NCBI GenBank assembly: GCA_963169585.1
Contig: CAUJDU010000036.1
Span: 1-57,271 of the forward strand
Source: Actinomycetota bacterium
Lineage (GTDB): Bacteria > Actinomycetota > Acidimicrobiia > IMCC26256 > JAGPDB01
DNA: 57,271 nt
Direction of reading: 5' to 3'
Each line of letters begins with the position of its first letter. Positions within the stretch are counted from its first letter, which is position 1. The notes under the pieces were generated by a model. The model ran no database searches. It saw only the letters and a program-made list of their open reading frames with translations, and was not told where the DNA came from. Position numbers and translations under genes: made by a program. Positions 9,332 through 17,843 of this stretch are shown here, piece after piece.

Positions 9332-12300
9332 ATGGCAAATGTAAATAATACTGATGAGTCAAAAGTTTCAGCTAGTAAACAGGATGGTTCATTTGAGCGC
9401 GGAATTGCTGATTTTGCTTGGCCAACTGTTGTCGCTGTAATCGTTACTCATAACCCCGGCGAGTGGCTTGAGCAATGTTTGAGCTCTGTTGCAGCTCAAA
9501 ATTATCCAGATCTTACAACGCTCGTTGTCGATGTGGCATCTAAAGAAGATGTTACTGAGCGTGTAGCTAAAGCAATGCCTTCGGCATTCGTACGTAAAAT
9601 TGAAGAGGATATTAATTTTGCAGAGGCAGTCAACCTTTCTGTCCAATCTATTGAGGGTGCTACTTATGTTCTGATTTGTCACGATGACGTAGTTCTCGGA
9701 GCAAATGCGATTGAAGAAATGATTCAAGAAGCCTTCCTTTCCAATGCTTCTATAGTTGGTCCAAAAATTATTGATACTGAAAATAGAACTCAGCTTCTAG
9801 AAGTTGGTGGGATGATTGACCGATTTGGTGTTCCATTTAGTGGCATTGAGCCAGATGAAGTTGACCAAGGACAACACGATGGGGTTCGTGATGTATTTTA
9901 TGTTTCAAGTGCAGCGATGTTAGTGAGAGCAGATCTTTTCCGTGCATTAGGTGGATTTGATCCCGCTTGTTTCCCAGGCGCAGAAGATATAGATATTGCT
10001 TGGCGTGCGCATCTTGTAGGTGCACGTGTACTAGTCCAACCAGATGCGGTTGTCATGCACCATGAAACTTCTGATCGTCAGAAGAGGTTTCGTACCTCTA
10101 AAGCAGCAATCGTTGCTCGTCACCGAATGCGAGCAGTGTTAAAAAACTCTTCAAAGAGGTCGTTACTTTGGATACTTCCATTGGCATTTGTTTTACATAC
10201 GCTTGAAGGAATTGTGTGGTTAGTTCGGCTTAACCCTAAACGATCATGGCTTTTATTTTCTGGCTGGATCTGGAACCTCAGAAACATTCGAGATACGGTC
10301 AAAGAACGAAAACAAATCCAGAAAACAAGAGAAGTTTCTGACCGAGTTATTGCATCTCACCAAGTAGGAGGATCAGCAAGATTCCGGCGATTTGTTACCT
10401 CTGTGATTCAAAATCGTCAATTAAAGAAGTTTGCTTACATGTCAAAATCGATAGCAGCCACAAGCTATTCGAAGAGAACAAGGGAAACTCCAATATATTT
10501 AACTGCTTTAGCTGTCTATCTCGTTGCTGTGCGCTCACTATTTATTAATGGAATAACAAGCGTTGGTGAGTTTGTTACTTGGCCATCGTTTTCTGAACAA
10601 ATATCTTCTCTATTTACAGGTGGATTGCCAGCAGGAGAATATCCTATGTTGGCGTCAACATTCGGAAGAATTATTGCCCTGTTTGTAACTTTAATATTCG
10701 GTATGAGTGAAGGATTAGCTCAGACAGTATTTACTGTGTCGTTAATTCCAATAGGTTGTTTTGGTGTCCGATTACTATTGAAAGAACGTGCCGTAGGAAC
10801 TAGATCAGTTGCAATTGGGGCAGTTACCTATGGGATGCTCGCTTTTGGTTTGCAATCTTTTTACAATGGTGATTTTGGATCAATTGTGATGCTAGCTGGG
10901 TTACCTTACTTCTTAAGGGCTCTATCAAATCGGAAGGGAAGGCAAGCTGGTTTTGCGGCTGCAGTAATCATCGCCTTCTGTCCAGCGTCAATACCGGTAT
11001 TGGCACTTGTAGGAATAGCCTTCTTGATTTTGGCTGATCATAGCGAAAATGGTATTAGCTCTAACCTTCGCTCCAAAGTTAGAGTTTTGGCGTTAGCTTT
11101 GAGTTTAGCTCTGACTCTAAATATAGGACTTATATTTGATTTGGTAAGGAATTTTGATCGTAGCGCATTTGGAATTTCAGATACTACGTCAGAATTTTCT
11201 CAGTATCTTTTTGTGAACCTCAAGGTCACTATAGTCCTTTACTTGTCTTTAACGCTGATTGCTGTTGCTTTAATTGTCGCTAGGAGAGAACGTACTCATG
11301 AACTTAGGTTACTTGTACTTTCGGCGATATTACTTTTTGCATTGGTATCTGTCGCAATTCATTTTGCTCAACCAGTTTTCGAAGCTAGTGTACTTTTTGT
11401 TTTGCTTCAGCTTTGTGTTGCTATTTCCATAGGAGTTGTAATAAATGCGTTTGACGATGAATTGAAATTGAGATCATTTGGAATCCTTCACTTGCTTTCA
11501 GGGTTGAGCGCTTCGCTGGTTATAGTCAGTGTTGTTCTAGGAATAAGCGTCCTTCCAGATGGCAGATTCGGATTGCCAAGTCGAAGCTGGGAGAATCAGA
11601 TCGAAATAAGGGATAACGAACGAGTACTCTATCTTGGAGATTCTAGAAATATCCCTGGTCGAAGTATATTGGCACCTTTAAATAGAAGCTTTTCTGTTGG
11701 AGATAGTGCTTCTGTCACATTATCAAGGTCATTTGCGGGACCCGCATCTTCTCTGGATGAACAAATTCGTTCTATTTATTCGGCGATGATGTCCAGCGAA
11801 ACTTCGCATGCCGGCTATCTATTAGCAAGGTTAAGCATTGGAACTGTTGTAGTACCAAGCTCGAGAGCACCAGGGACAAGAACATTACCAGAAGACCAAC
11901 AGTTACTTAATGCGTTAGATCGCCAAACTGATCTTGTGAGGTTACGAGATCGTGAAGGACTAGCTGTATACAAAAGTACATCATTTGACAAAGGTTATCC
12001 GACAAATAAATACGTAGAAAATCTCGAACCAGCTCAAGTTTTTGAAAACCGATTTAATGAGACCAACGAAATTAAACTTTTTAAAGCTAATGAATTTCCA
12101 GCCTCTTCTATCTTGATAATCGCCATAACATCAGCAGGCCTAGTATTTTTACTGTTGTGGCCAAGGCGACAACAGCTATTGAGTACACGTTCCCTAGGTA
12201 TTTCAAGGAAATCATCACAGGCTTTGAATATGGCCGACGAACAAACACAAGCAATTTTGGATTTAAGTGATGAGATTCACGCTGAAGAAAACTCAAGTGA

Positions 12301-12343
12301 CAAAATTAACGAAGAAAATATTAATCGCAAGGTAAAATCATGA
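9332..12343 (+). CDS. GT2 glycosyltransferase fused to a large polytopic membrane domain
   Basis: N-terminal GT-A domain (VVAVIVTHNP..., GAEDIDIAWR DxD-type region) followed by more than 10 predicted TM helices; 1003 aa. Confidence 0.8.
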   Translation: MANVNNTDESKVSASKQDGSFERGIADFAWPTVVAVIVTHNPGEWLEQCLSSVAAQNYPDLTTLVVDVASKEDVTERVAKAMPSAFVRKIEEDINFAEAVNLSVQSIEGATYVLICHDDVVLGANAIEEMIQEAFLSNASIVGPKIIDTENRTQLLEVGGMIDRFGVPFSGIEPDEVDQGQHDGVRDVFYVSSAAMLVRADLFRALGGFDPACFPGAEDIDIAWRAHLVGARVLVQPDAVVMHHETSDRQKRFRTSKAAIVARHRMRAVLKNSSKRSLLWILPLAFVLHTLEGIVWLVRLNPKRSWLLFSGWIWNLRNIRDTVKERKQIQKTREVSDRVIASHQVGGSARFRRFVTSVIQNRQLKKFAYMSKSIAATSYSKRTRETPIYLTALAVYLVAVRSLFINGITSVGEFVTWPSFSEQISSLFTGGLPAGEYPMLASTFGRIIALFVTLIFGMSEGLAQTVFTVSLIPIGCFGVRLLLKERAVGTRSVAIGAVTYGMLAFGLQSFYNGDFGSIVMLAGLPYFLRALSNRKGRQAGFAAAVIIAFCPASIPVLALVGIAFLILADHSENGISSNLRSKVRVLALALSLALTLNIGLIFDLVRNFDRSAFGISDTTSEFSQYLFVNLKVTIVLYLSLTLIAVALIVARRERTHELRLLVLSAILLFALVSVAIHFAQPVFEASVLFVLLQLCVAISIGVVINAFDDELKLRSFGILHLLSGLSASLVIVSVVLGISVLPDGRFGLPSRSWENQIEIRDNERVLYLGDSRNIPGRSILAPLNRSFSVGDSASVTLSRSFAGPASSLDEQIRSIYSAMMSSETSHAGYLLARLSIGTVVVPSSRAPGTRTLPEDQQLLNALDRQTDLVRLRDREGLAVYKSTSFDKGYPTNKYVENLEPAQVFENRFNETNEIKLFKANEFPASSILIIAITSAGLVFLLLWPRRQQLLSTRSLGISRKSSQALNMADEQTQAILDLSDEIHAEENSSDKINEENINRKVKS

Positions 12344-13788
12344 AAGATAAGGCTTTTAACTCTAATCGATTGACTAAAAAGCAACGCCAGGAAAAAGCAA
12401 ATGTTGAACAGAATCTTAAAATTTCATCTAAGTTAGGAATAATAACTATCTTTGTTTGTGCAGCTATAGCTTTATCTGCATTTTTTATTACCTCTAGCTT
12501 TGACTCAACCGAAAGGCCTCAGCCGAAGTTCGTCCCGGCTGATGCAGTGAAAGTATCCTCACTCTCGACCTCTTGGGCTTGCCCTATAACTCGTGGTGGA
12601 TCTGGTAGTGATTCAATTATCATCTCCAATCCGGATGAGTCGAGAAGTGCAAATGTAGAAATCTCCATTTTTGATCAACAAGGCACAAAAGCTAAATCTC
12701 ACACATTAACTATCGAGCCGAAGTCATTTATTGTTAAGGATGCGAGTGCATTAGGTATAGCTGAAAAGTCTTCCGTTTTTGTTGAAAGTTTTTCAGCACC
12801 GATCGCAGTATCAAGGAGCCTTAATTTAAGTGACGGTGAGGAACTTATTGGTTGTATTAATGATTTGAGATCTATAGCAAGCTTTCCAAACTTGATTACA
12901 GTTAGAAACACTAATTCAGTTTTGGCCCTATCTAATCCTTATGAAGAAGCAGTGGTGGTAGATGTACAAGCTTCGTTATTGAATAGTACACAAGAGGGAA
13001 GTGTTCCTGTTTTAGACGATGTGAAAGGTCAAATTATTCCAGCAAAAGGTCGCCTCGACCTTGATCTTCAAACATTGTTTGGAAGGTTCGATGTGGTGAG
13101 TGTTGATGTTGTATCCAGGAGTGGTTTTTTTGCGGCAGAAGCACTTATTACTTATACACAAGCGCACGAGTTCACAGGACAAACTCTAATTCCTGCCGCA
13201 CGTAATTTATCCGTGTCAAGCCAACTGCATTGGGTAGGGATTGATCCCACCAGAATCGTAGCAACAAATGGGTCCGATAACACCCACTCAATAAACTTTA
13301 CGGTATTAGCGGAAGATAAGAGATCGTTGAGCCCATCACCGAAATTGATAGCTCCAGGAACTGCTGCAGTATTAGAAAATCTTGGCTTAGATTTTGGGCC
13401 TCGAACAGCAACTTTGAGTATAGAAGCCGGCCCAAACAAGCCAAAAAATATCTATGCAGCATGGATCCATGCGAGTGTAAATGCAGTTTCGTCAGGTTCA
13501 CAAGAAGGCCAGAACTCTAAAACACATTTGCTTGGCGTTACTATAGATTCGAGGCTAAACATCTTTAATAGCTCAAAGAAGGATGCAACTGTTAGGTATT
13601 CTATTTTAGGATCGAAAGAAATCAAGAGTAAAACAGTAAAAGCTGGAACATTCGTTATTATAGATTTAGTCGATCTAACAATAAATTCAACATCTATGCT
13701 TTATGTCGAATCAACCCAAGATGTGGTTGTAGCCTCTTCAAATTCGAATTCGTCATACTATGTTCCTTCAATAGAAATACTGCCATGA
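12340..13788 (+). CDS. Membrane-anchored extracytoplasmic protein, probably the DUF5719-type partner of the upstream GT2
   Basis: ATGA overlap with the GT2 gene; N-terminal TM helix then a beta-rich domain. The family assignment comes from remembered gene context only. Confidence 0.55.
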   Translation: MKDKAFNSNRLTKKQRQEKANVEQNLKISSKLGIITIFVCAAIALSAFFITSSFDSTERPQPKFVPADAVKVSSLSTSWACPITRGGSGSDSIIISNPDESRSANVEISIFDQQGTKAKSHTLTIEPKSFIVKDASALGIAEKSSVFVESFSAPIAVSRSLNLSDGEELIGCINDLRSIASFPNLITVRNTNSVLALSNPYEEAVVVDVQASLLNSTQEGSVPVLDDVKGQIIPAKGRLDLDLQTLFGRFDVVSVDVVSRSGFFAAEALITYTQAHEFTGQTLIPAARNLSVSSQLHWVGIDPTRIVATNGSDNTHSINFTVLAEDKRSLSPSPKLIAPGTAAVLENLGLDFGPRTATLSIEAGPNKPKNIYAAWIHASVNAVSSGSQEGQNSKTHLLGVTIDSRLNIFNSSKKDATVRYSILGSKEIKSKTVKAGTFVIIDLVDLTINSTSMLYVESTQDVVVASSNSNSSYYVPSIEILP

Positions 13789-14228
13789 TTTGGGTTGGAT
13801 ATTTTATTACTTTGATCGTAATATCTGCCGTTGCCATTATCGTGCAGCGGAGGAAAAAACACGATATTTCAGTAACTAATTTTGAGGCACCTATAAAATT
13901 AGATCGGAATGACTTCAAAGATTATGCATCAGCTTACATCGTTGTTGTTTTTTCGTCACAGGCTTGCAACTCTTGTGAGGGCGTTGTTGCTAAAGCAAAT
14001 GTTTTGCAAAGCGATGTTGTGGATGTCGTGAATGTCGACTATACAACAACTAAAGGGAAAGCACTTCATAAGAAATATGAAATAGAAGCCGTACCAACAA
14101 CTGTTATCTGTGATGTTAACGGAGTAGTGCAAGAATCATTTATTGGATCAGTAACAGCGGCTGATCTTTGGGCAGCATTAGCCAAAGTTCGCGGAGCTGA
14201 TATTCAAAGTTGCGACAGCCATACTTAA
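13785..14228 (+). CDS. Membrane-anchored thioredoxin-fold protein (CxxC)
   Basis: ATGA overlap with the upstream gene; N-terminal TM helix; VVVFSSQACNSCEG CxxC motif in a Trx-like setting. Confidence 0.6.
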   Translation: MIWVGYFITLIVISAVAIIVQRRKKHDISVTNFEAPIKLDRNDFKDYASAYIVVVFSSQACNSCEGVVAKANVLQSDVVDVVNVDYTTTKGKALHKKYEIEAVPTTVICDVNGVVQESFIGSVTAADLWAALAKVRGADIQSCDSHT

Positions 14229-14489
14229 GCAAACCCTGTTTTAAACGTTAGATATTGTTCACGTTTCGCGCCCGTCACTATCGCTCGGTACGCTCGGAGC
14301 CTGTAGTCTCCTCGCTCGCTGCAAATGTTCACAATATCTAACGTCTAAACCAGATTTGTTAATAGTGGATCTTGCTTGAATAGAAACTCAGGTTTTGCTC
14401 GAAGTGACATTTGGACTGAGCGCAGCGAAGGAAACGGAGCGTGAGTAAAGACAGGGTTACCATTATTAGGTAGACCAATTAATTAATGT
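14229..14489. other. GC-rich, multiply palindromic intergenic region between convergent genes (candidate structured RNA, MITE or bidirectional terminator)
   Basis: acgttagatattgt (14245-14258) pairs with acaatatctaacgt (14331-14344). aaccctgt (14232-14239) pairs with acagggtt (14451-14458). A GC-rich core at 14262-14322 is imperfectly complementary to 14405-14445. Confidence 0.4.
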
Positions 14490-16433
14490 TCAAACTGTTA
14501 TGTCGATTGCAGAAACGCTGTTAGCACATTCTCTACCCATAGCCTCGTCAACTAGACGGGCAACGTCTTCTCCGGAGATTTCTTCTTTCTCTACGAGTTC
14601 GTTTCCTATAGCTTCTAGACCTTTAGCAAATTCATTTAGAATTTTTGTGACTCGTGACTCAGCCTTAACAAGAATGCCTTGAGCTTCTACATCTAGAGTC
14701 CTTGCAGTGTCATCAGAATAGGCTTTCGATTGCATCATGTCGTCGCCAAGGAACACCATATTGGAATCGCCCCAAGCCATTGGCCCAACCGTATCAGACA
14801 TGCCCCATTCTTTAACCATTGAATGAGCAATTTCTGTTGCACGTACTAAATCGTTATGTGCGCCAGTTGAAACATTATCAAAAACGACTCGTTCTGCACC
14901 ACGGCCGCCAAGCAAAACCATTAGCTGGTCTTCTAAGTAATTTCGATTATATGAATGTCTTTCTTCTAGAGGAAGTTGTTGTGTCATACCAAGTGCCATT
15001 CCTGTAGGCAAAATAGTCACTTTGTGTACCGGGTCTGCATTTTTGCAAAGATAAGCCAGTATTGCATGTCCACCCTCATGGTAGGCAGTAAGTTTTTTCT
15101 CGTGATCATTCATCATGATGCTAGGTCGACGTAATCCCATTAACACTCGATCAATAGCAGTATTGAAATCTTGTTTTTCTATACTAGATTTTCCTCTGCG
15201 CACTGCATGAAGGGCAGCTTCATTCACAAGGTTGGAAAGTTCTGCTCCGCTCATACCAGGAGTCGCGCGCGACAAGGTCTCGAGAGATACTTCAGGAAGA
15301 ATTTTTTTGCCTTCAAAATGTACTTTCAGGATTTGGGCACGTTCTTCTTGAGTGGGGAGAGGAACAACAATTTGTCGGTCGAATCGTCCCGGACGTAACA
15401 ACGCAGAGTCTAAAATGTCAGGGCGGTTAGTTGCAGCCATCATGACAATTCCTTCAGTAGGCTCAAACCCGTCCATTTCGCTGAGCATCTGGTTTAAAGT
15501 CTGTTCGCGCTCATCGTGTCCGCCACCCATACCTGCGCCACGTTTTCTACCGATTGAATCGATCTCGTCGATGAAAATGATTGCTGGTGCACTTTTCTTT
15601 GCAGTTGCAAATAGGTCTCGAACTCTTGAAGCTCCAACACCAACAAACATTTCCATAAAGTCAGAGCCAGTTACGGAAATGAAAGGTACACCTGCTTCTC
15701 CGGCTACGGCACGTGCAATAAGAGTTTTACCAGTCCCTGGAGGCCCAACAAGTAGTACACCTCTTGGAATTCTGGCTCCAATATCGCGGAATTTGGCCGG
15801 GTTTTTCAAAAAGTCAACAACTTCAGATATCTCTTGTTTTACTGCACTATATCCGGCAACATCTTCAAACGTGGTTTGAGGGTTTTCAGTTGAATAAATT
15901 TTTGCTTTTGATCGTCCTATATTCATAACAGAACCCATTTGACCTTGGGCCCTTCTCGAAAGATAGGTAAATACTCCTACCAATAACAAGATAGGTAATA
16001 GGAAAGGTAGAAAATTTAAGAAAAAATTAGATTGTGCTTTTTTATAGCTAAAAGTAACGTTATGTTTTTCGAATAATTTAAGTTCTCGTTCTGGAAGGTT
16101 ATTAAGTGGTCCATCAGTTCTAAAAAGTTTTGTTCCCTTAAATTCTTCTGTTAATTTTCCAGAGATATTTCCAGATGTTGGTTCATAAATTGCGCTAGCA
16201 ACTTGGTCGTTTTGGACTTTTGAAATAAAACTATTTTCAGATCCAGAATATTTTAGTGACGTAGTTTTCTGTTCTGGCAGAAATTGGTTTGAACCGAAAA
16301 GCAGAACAGCAGTAATGACGGCTATGGCTCCCCAAGCCCAGATGTTTGAGCGTTTAAAGGTCGGTTGTTTTGGTGTTTTCGAGTCTCCATCTTTTTTATT
16401 TGGTAGTTTTGGAGTTGGTTTAGGATTATTCAT
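14490..16433 (-). CDS. ftsH: ATP-dependent zinc metalloprotease FtsH
   Basis: Walker A GPPGTGKT, second region of homology, HEGGHA zinc motif, two N-terminal TM helices. Confidence 0.95.
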   Translation of the reverse strand: MNNPKPTPKLPNKKDGDSKTPKQPTFKRSNIWAWGAIAVITAVLLFGSNQFLPEQKTTSLKYSGSENSFISKVQNDQVASAIYEPTSGNISGKLTEEFKGTKLFRTDGPLNNLPERELKLFEKHNVTFSYKKAQSNFFLNFLPFLLPILLLVGVFTYLSRRAQGQMGSVMNIGRSKAKIYSTENPQTTFEDVAGYSAVKQEISEVVDFLKNPAKFRDIGARIPRGVLLVGPPGTGKTLIARAVAGEAGVPFISVTGSDFMEMFVGVGASRVRDLFATAKKSAPAIIFIDEIDSIGRKRGAGMGGGHDEREQTLNQMLSEMDGFEPTEGIVMMAATNRPDILDSALLRPGRFDRQIVVPLPTQEERAQILKVHFEGKKILPEVSLETLSRATPGMSGAELSNLVNEAALHAVRRGKSSIEKQDFNTAIDRVLMGLRRPSIMMNDHEKKLTAYHEGGHAILAYLCKNADPVHKVTILPTGMALGMTQQLPLEERHSYNRNYLEDQLMVLLGGRGAERVVFDNVSTGAHNDLVRATEIAHSMVKEWGMSDTVGPMAWGDSNMVFLGDDMMQSKAYSDDTARTLDVEAQGILVKAESRVTKILNEFAKGLEAIGNELVEKEEISGEDVARLVDEAMGRECANSVSAIDITV

Positions 16434-16590
16434 TTAACAACCTTGTTCGATAATTGTGGGAGATATTATTTTGGTTTAAATATGTTAGGGGTTCTGTACC
16501 CTTCTAGCAGATTTTAGAGCTCAAATTCATGTAACAATATGAAAAAATTGCACACAAAACTTCGCGCCCGAATCTATTAAACGCTTCTAA

Positions 16591-17385
16591 ATGTATAAAA
16601 CTTCCCTTATGGAGAATAAAACTACTCAAATCACAAAAATCCCGAGATTTTCATGGTTTGCCGGATTGGGAGCCATTGTTGTTTATCTTTTGAGTTCACT
16701 CCCTTTAGTGTTAGCTGTCGCAATTTTTAAGCTCACAAGTGAAGGTGTGAGTATAGAAACGTCTGATACAAGGCTACAAGAAGTCCTAAAAGAGATCGCT
16801 AACGATTCGTGGGTTTTAGTTGGTGCATTATTAGTTCAATGTATCTCTCTGTTTATATATGCATATGTGGTAAGTCTTTTGCGAGGTAGCAAAAACCCAT
16901 TTAATGATTTTGGTTTACGGTTTAAGGCTTCTAGTTTGTGGTTTATATTGGTAGGAGTTGGCTTACAGTTTGTAGCTGTGGTGATATCAATTCCACTTCA
17001 GATAATCAAAGGTACTTCTTCTGAACAAGGTGTTGTTACTACATTTAAATCTTCTTCAGGGATAGCTTTTACGGTTTTATTACTCTTGATTGCATTCGTT
17101 GTCCCAGTGGCAGAAGAACTTGCATTTAGAGGGATATTTCAGCGTGGCCTATCAAGATATATGCAGCCAATCTTTTCTGTTGTGATTTCTGGCTCATTGT
17201 TTGCTTTAATTCATTTGTCAGACCCCGGAGCTACAATGGGCATCACATCACTATTCATTGTTGGGCTTGGCTGTGCAGCGTTGGCGGCTTATAGAGGACG
17301 AATCGACGGATCTATATGTCTTCATATTGGATTTAATATGGCAACAGCATTTTTTCTACTTTTAACAAGAGTCCTCAACCTTTAG
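16591..17385 (+). CDS. CPBP family intramembrane glutamic endopeptidase (CAAX protease-like)
   Basis: Polytopic protein with EELAFRG and FALIH motifs. Confidence 0.8.
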   Translation: MYKTSLMENKTTQITKIPRFSWFAGLGAIVVYLLSSLPLVLAVAIFKLTSEGVSIETSDTRLQEVLKEIANDSWVLVGALLVQCISLFIYAYVVSLLRGSKNPFNDFGLRFKASSLWFILVGVGLQFVAVVISIPLQIIKGTSSEQGVVTTFKSSSGIAFTVLLLLIAFVVPVAEELAFRGIFQRGLSRYMQPIFSVVISGSLFALIHLSDPGATMGITSLFIVGLGCAALAAYRGRIDGSICLHIGFNMATAFFLLLTRVLNL

Positions 17386-17479
17386 GAGACCTAGCCTTCC
17401 AAATCGGACAAATTGCATAACAAATCATCTAGATAAGCCGTAAATGCGCGTTTTGTCGTTTTTGGAAGGCCAGGCCTCC
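17385..17479. repeat. 95-nt element with 19-nt terminal inverted repeats
   Basis: ggagacctagccttccaaa (17385-17403) versus tttggaaggccaggcctcc (17461-17479). The two mismatches are A-C on the plus strand but G-U on the minus strand. Confidence 0.5.
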
Positions 17480-17602
17480 TGTGTATGGTAGTAAACCGCT
17501 AGATTCCCGACCAAAATCCGCCCAACGCGCTTACATTAAAGCTTTTCGCTGTTTATGCCGAATATTCGTATAACAAAACCAATTGAAGCCAGGAGCACAA
17601 GT

Positions 17603-17776
17603 ATGCGTTGTCCAAATTGTAAAAGCGATACGTTCGTAGAAATTAACATGACTCTGGGAGAAAAAGAAGTAGCTTTCCGTAGATGTGGGCGCTGTGAAAC
17701 CCAAAAATGGGAAAGCGAAGACAAAGATGTAGATTTAAGTTCGGTATTGAAATTCGCAAAAAACCTAGCAGTATAA
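17603..17776 (+). CDS. Small zinc-ribbon protein (CxxC...CxxC)
   Basis: MRCPNCKS...RRCGRCETQ. AGGAG lies 7 nt upstream of ATG 17603. The ORF is open from 17555. Confidence 0.55.
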   Translation: MRCPNCKSDTFVEINMTLGEKEVAFRRCGRCETQKWESEDKDVDLSSVLKFAKNLAV

Positions 17777-17843
17777 ATAGTGAAATTTTATTCGAATTTC
17801 TTTATAGCCTATATGGAGAACGTTTTTCTGTAACAATGTATCC

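Noticed and set aside
15352-15879. 175-aa plus-strand ORF, with several shorter ones, inside ftsH
   Set aside because: It lies antisense to an unambiguous FtsH coding sequence, has a Pro/Ser/Arg-rich composition typical of antisense frames, and has no start context. The same reasoning applies to the antisense ORFs inside pabB, secA, ftsE, cofD and the MurL/MurD-like gene.
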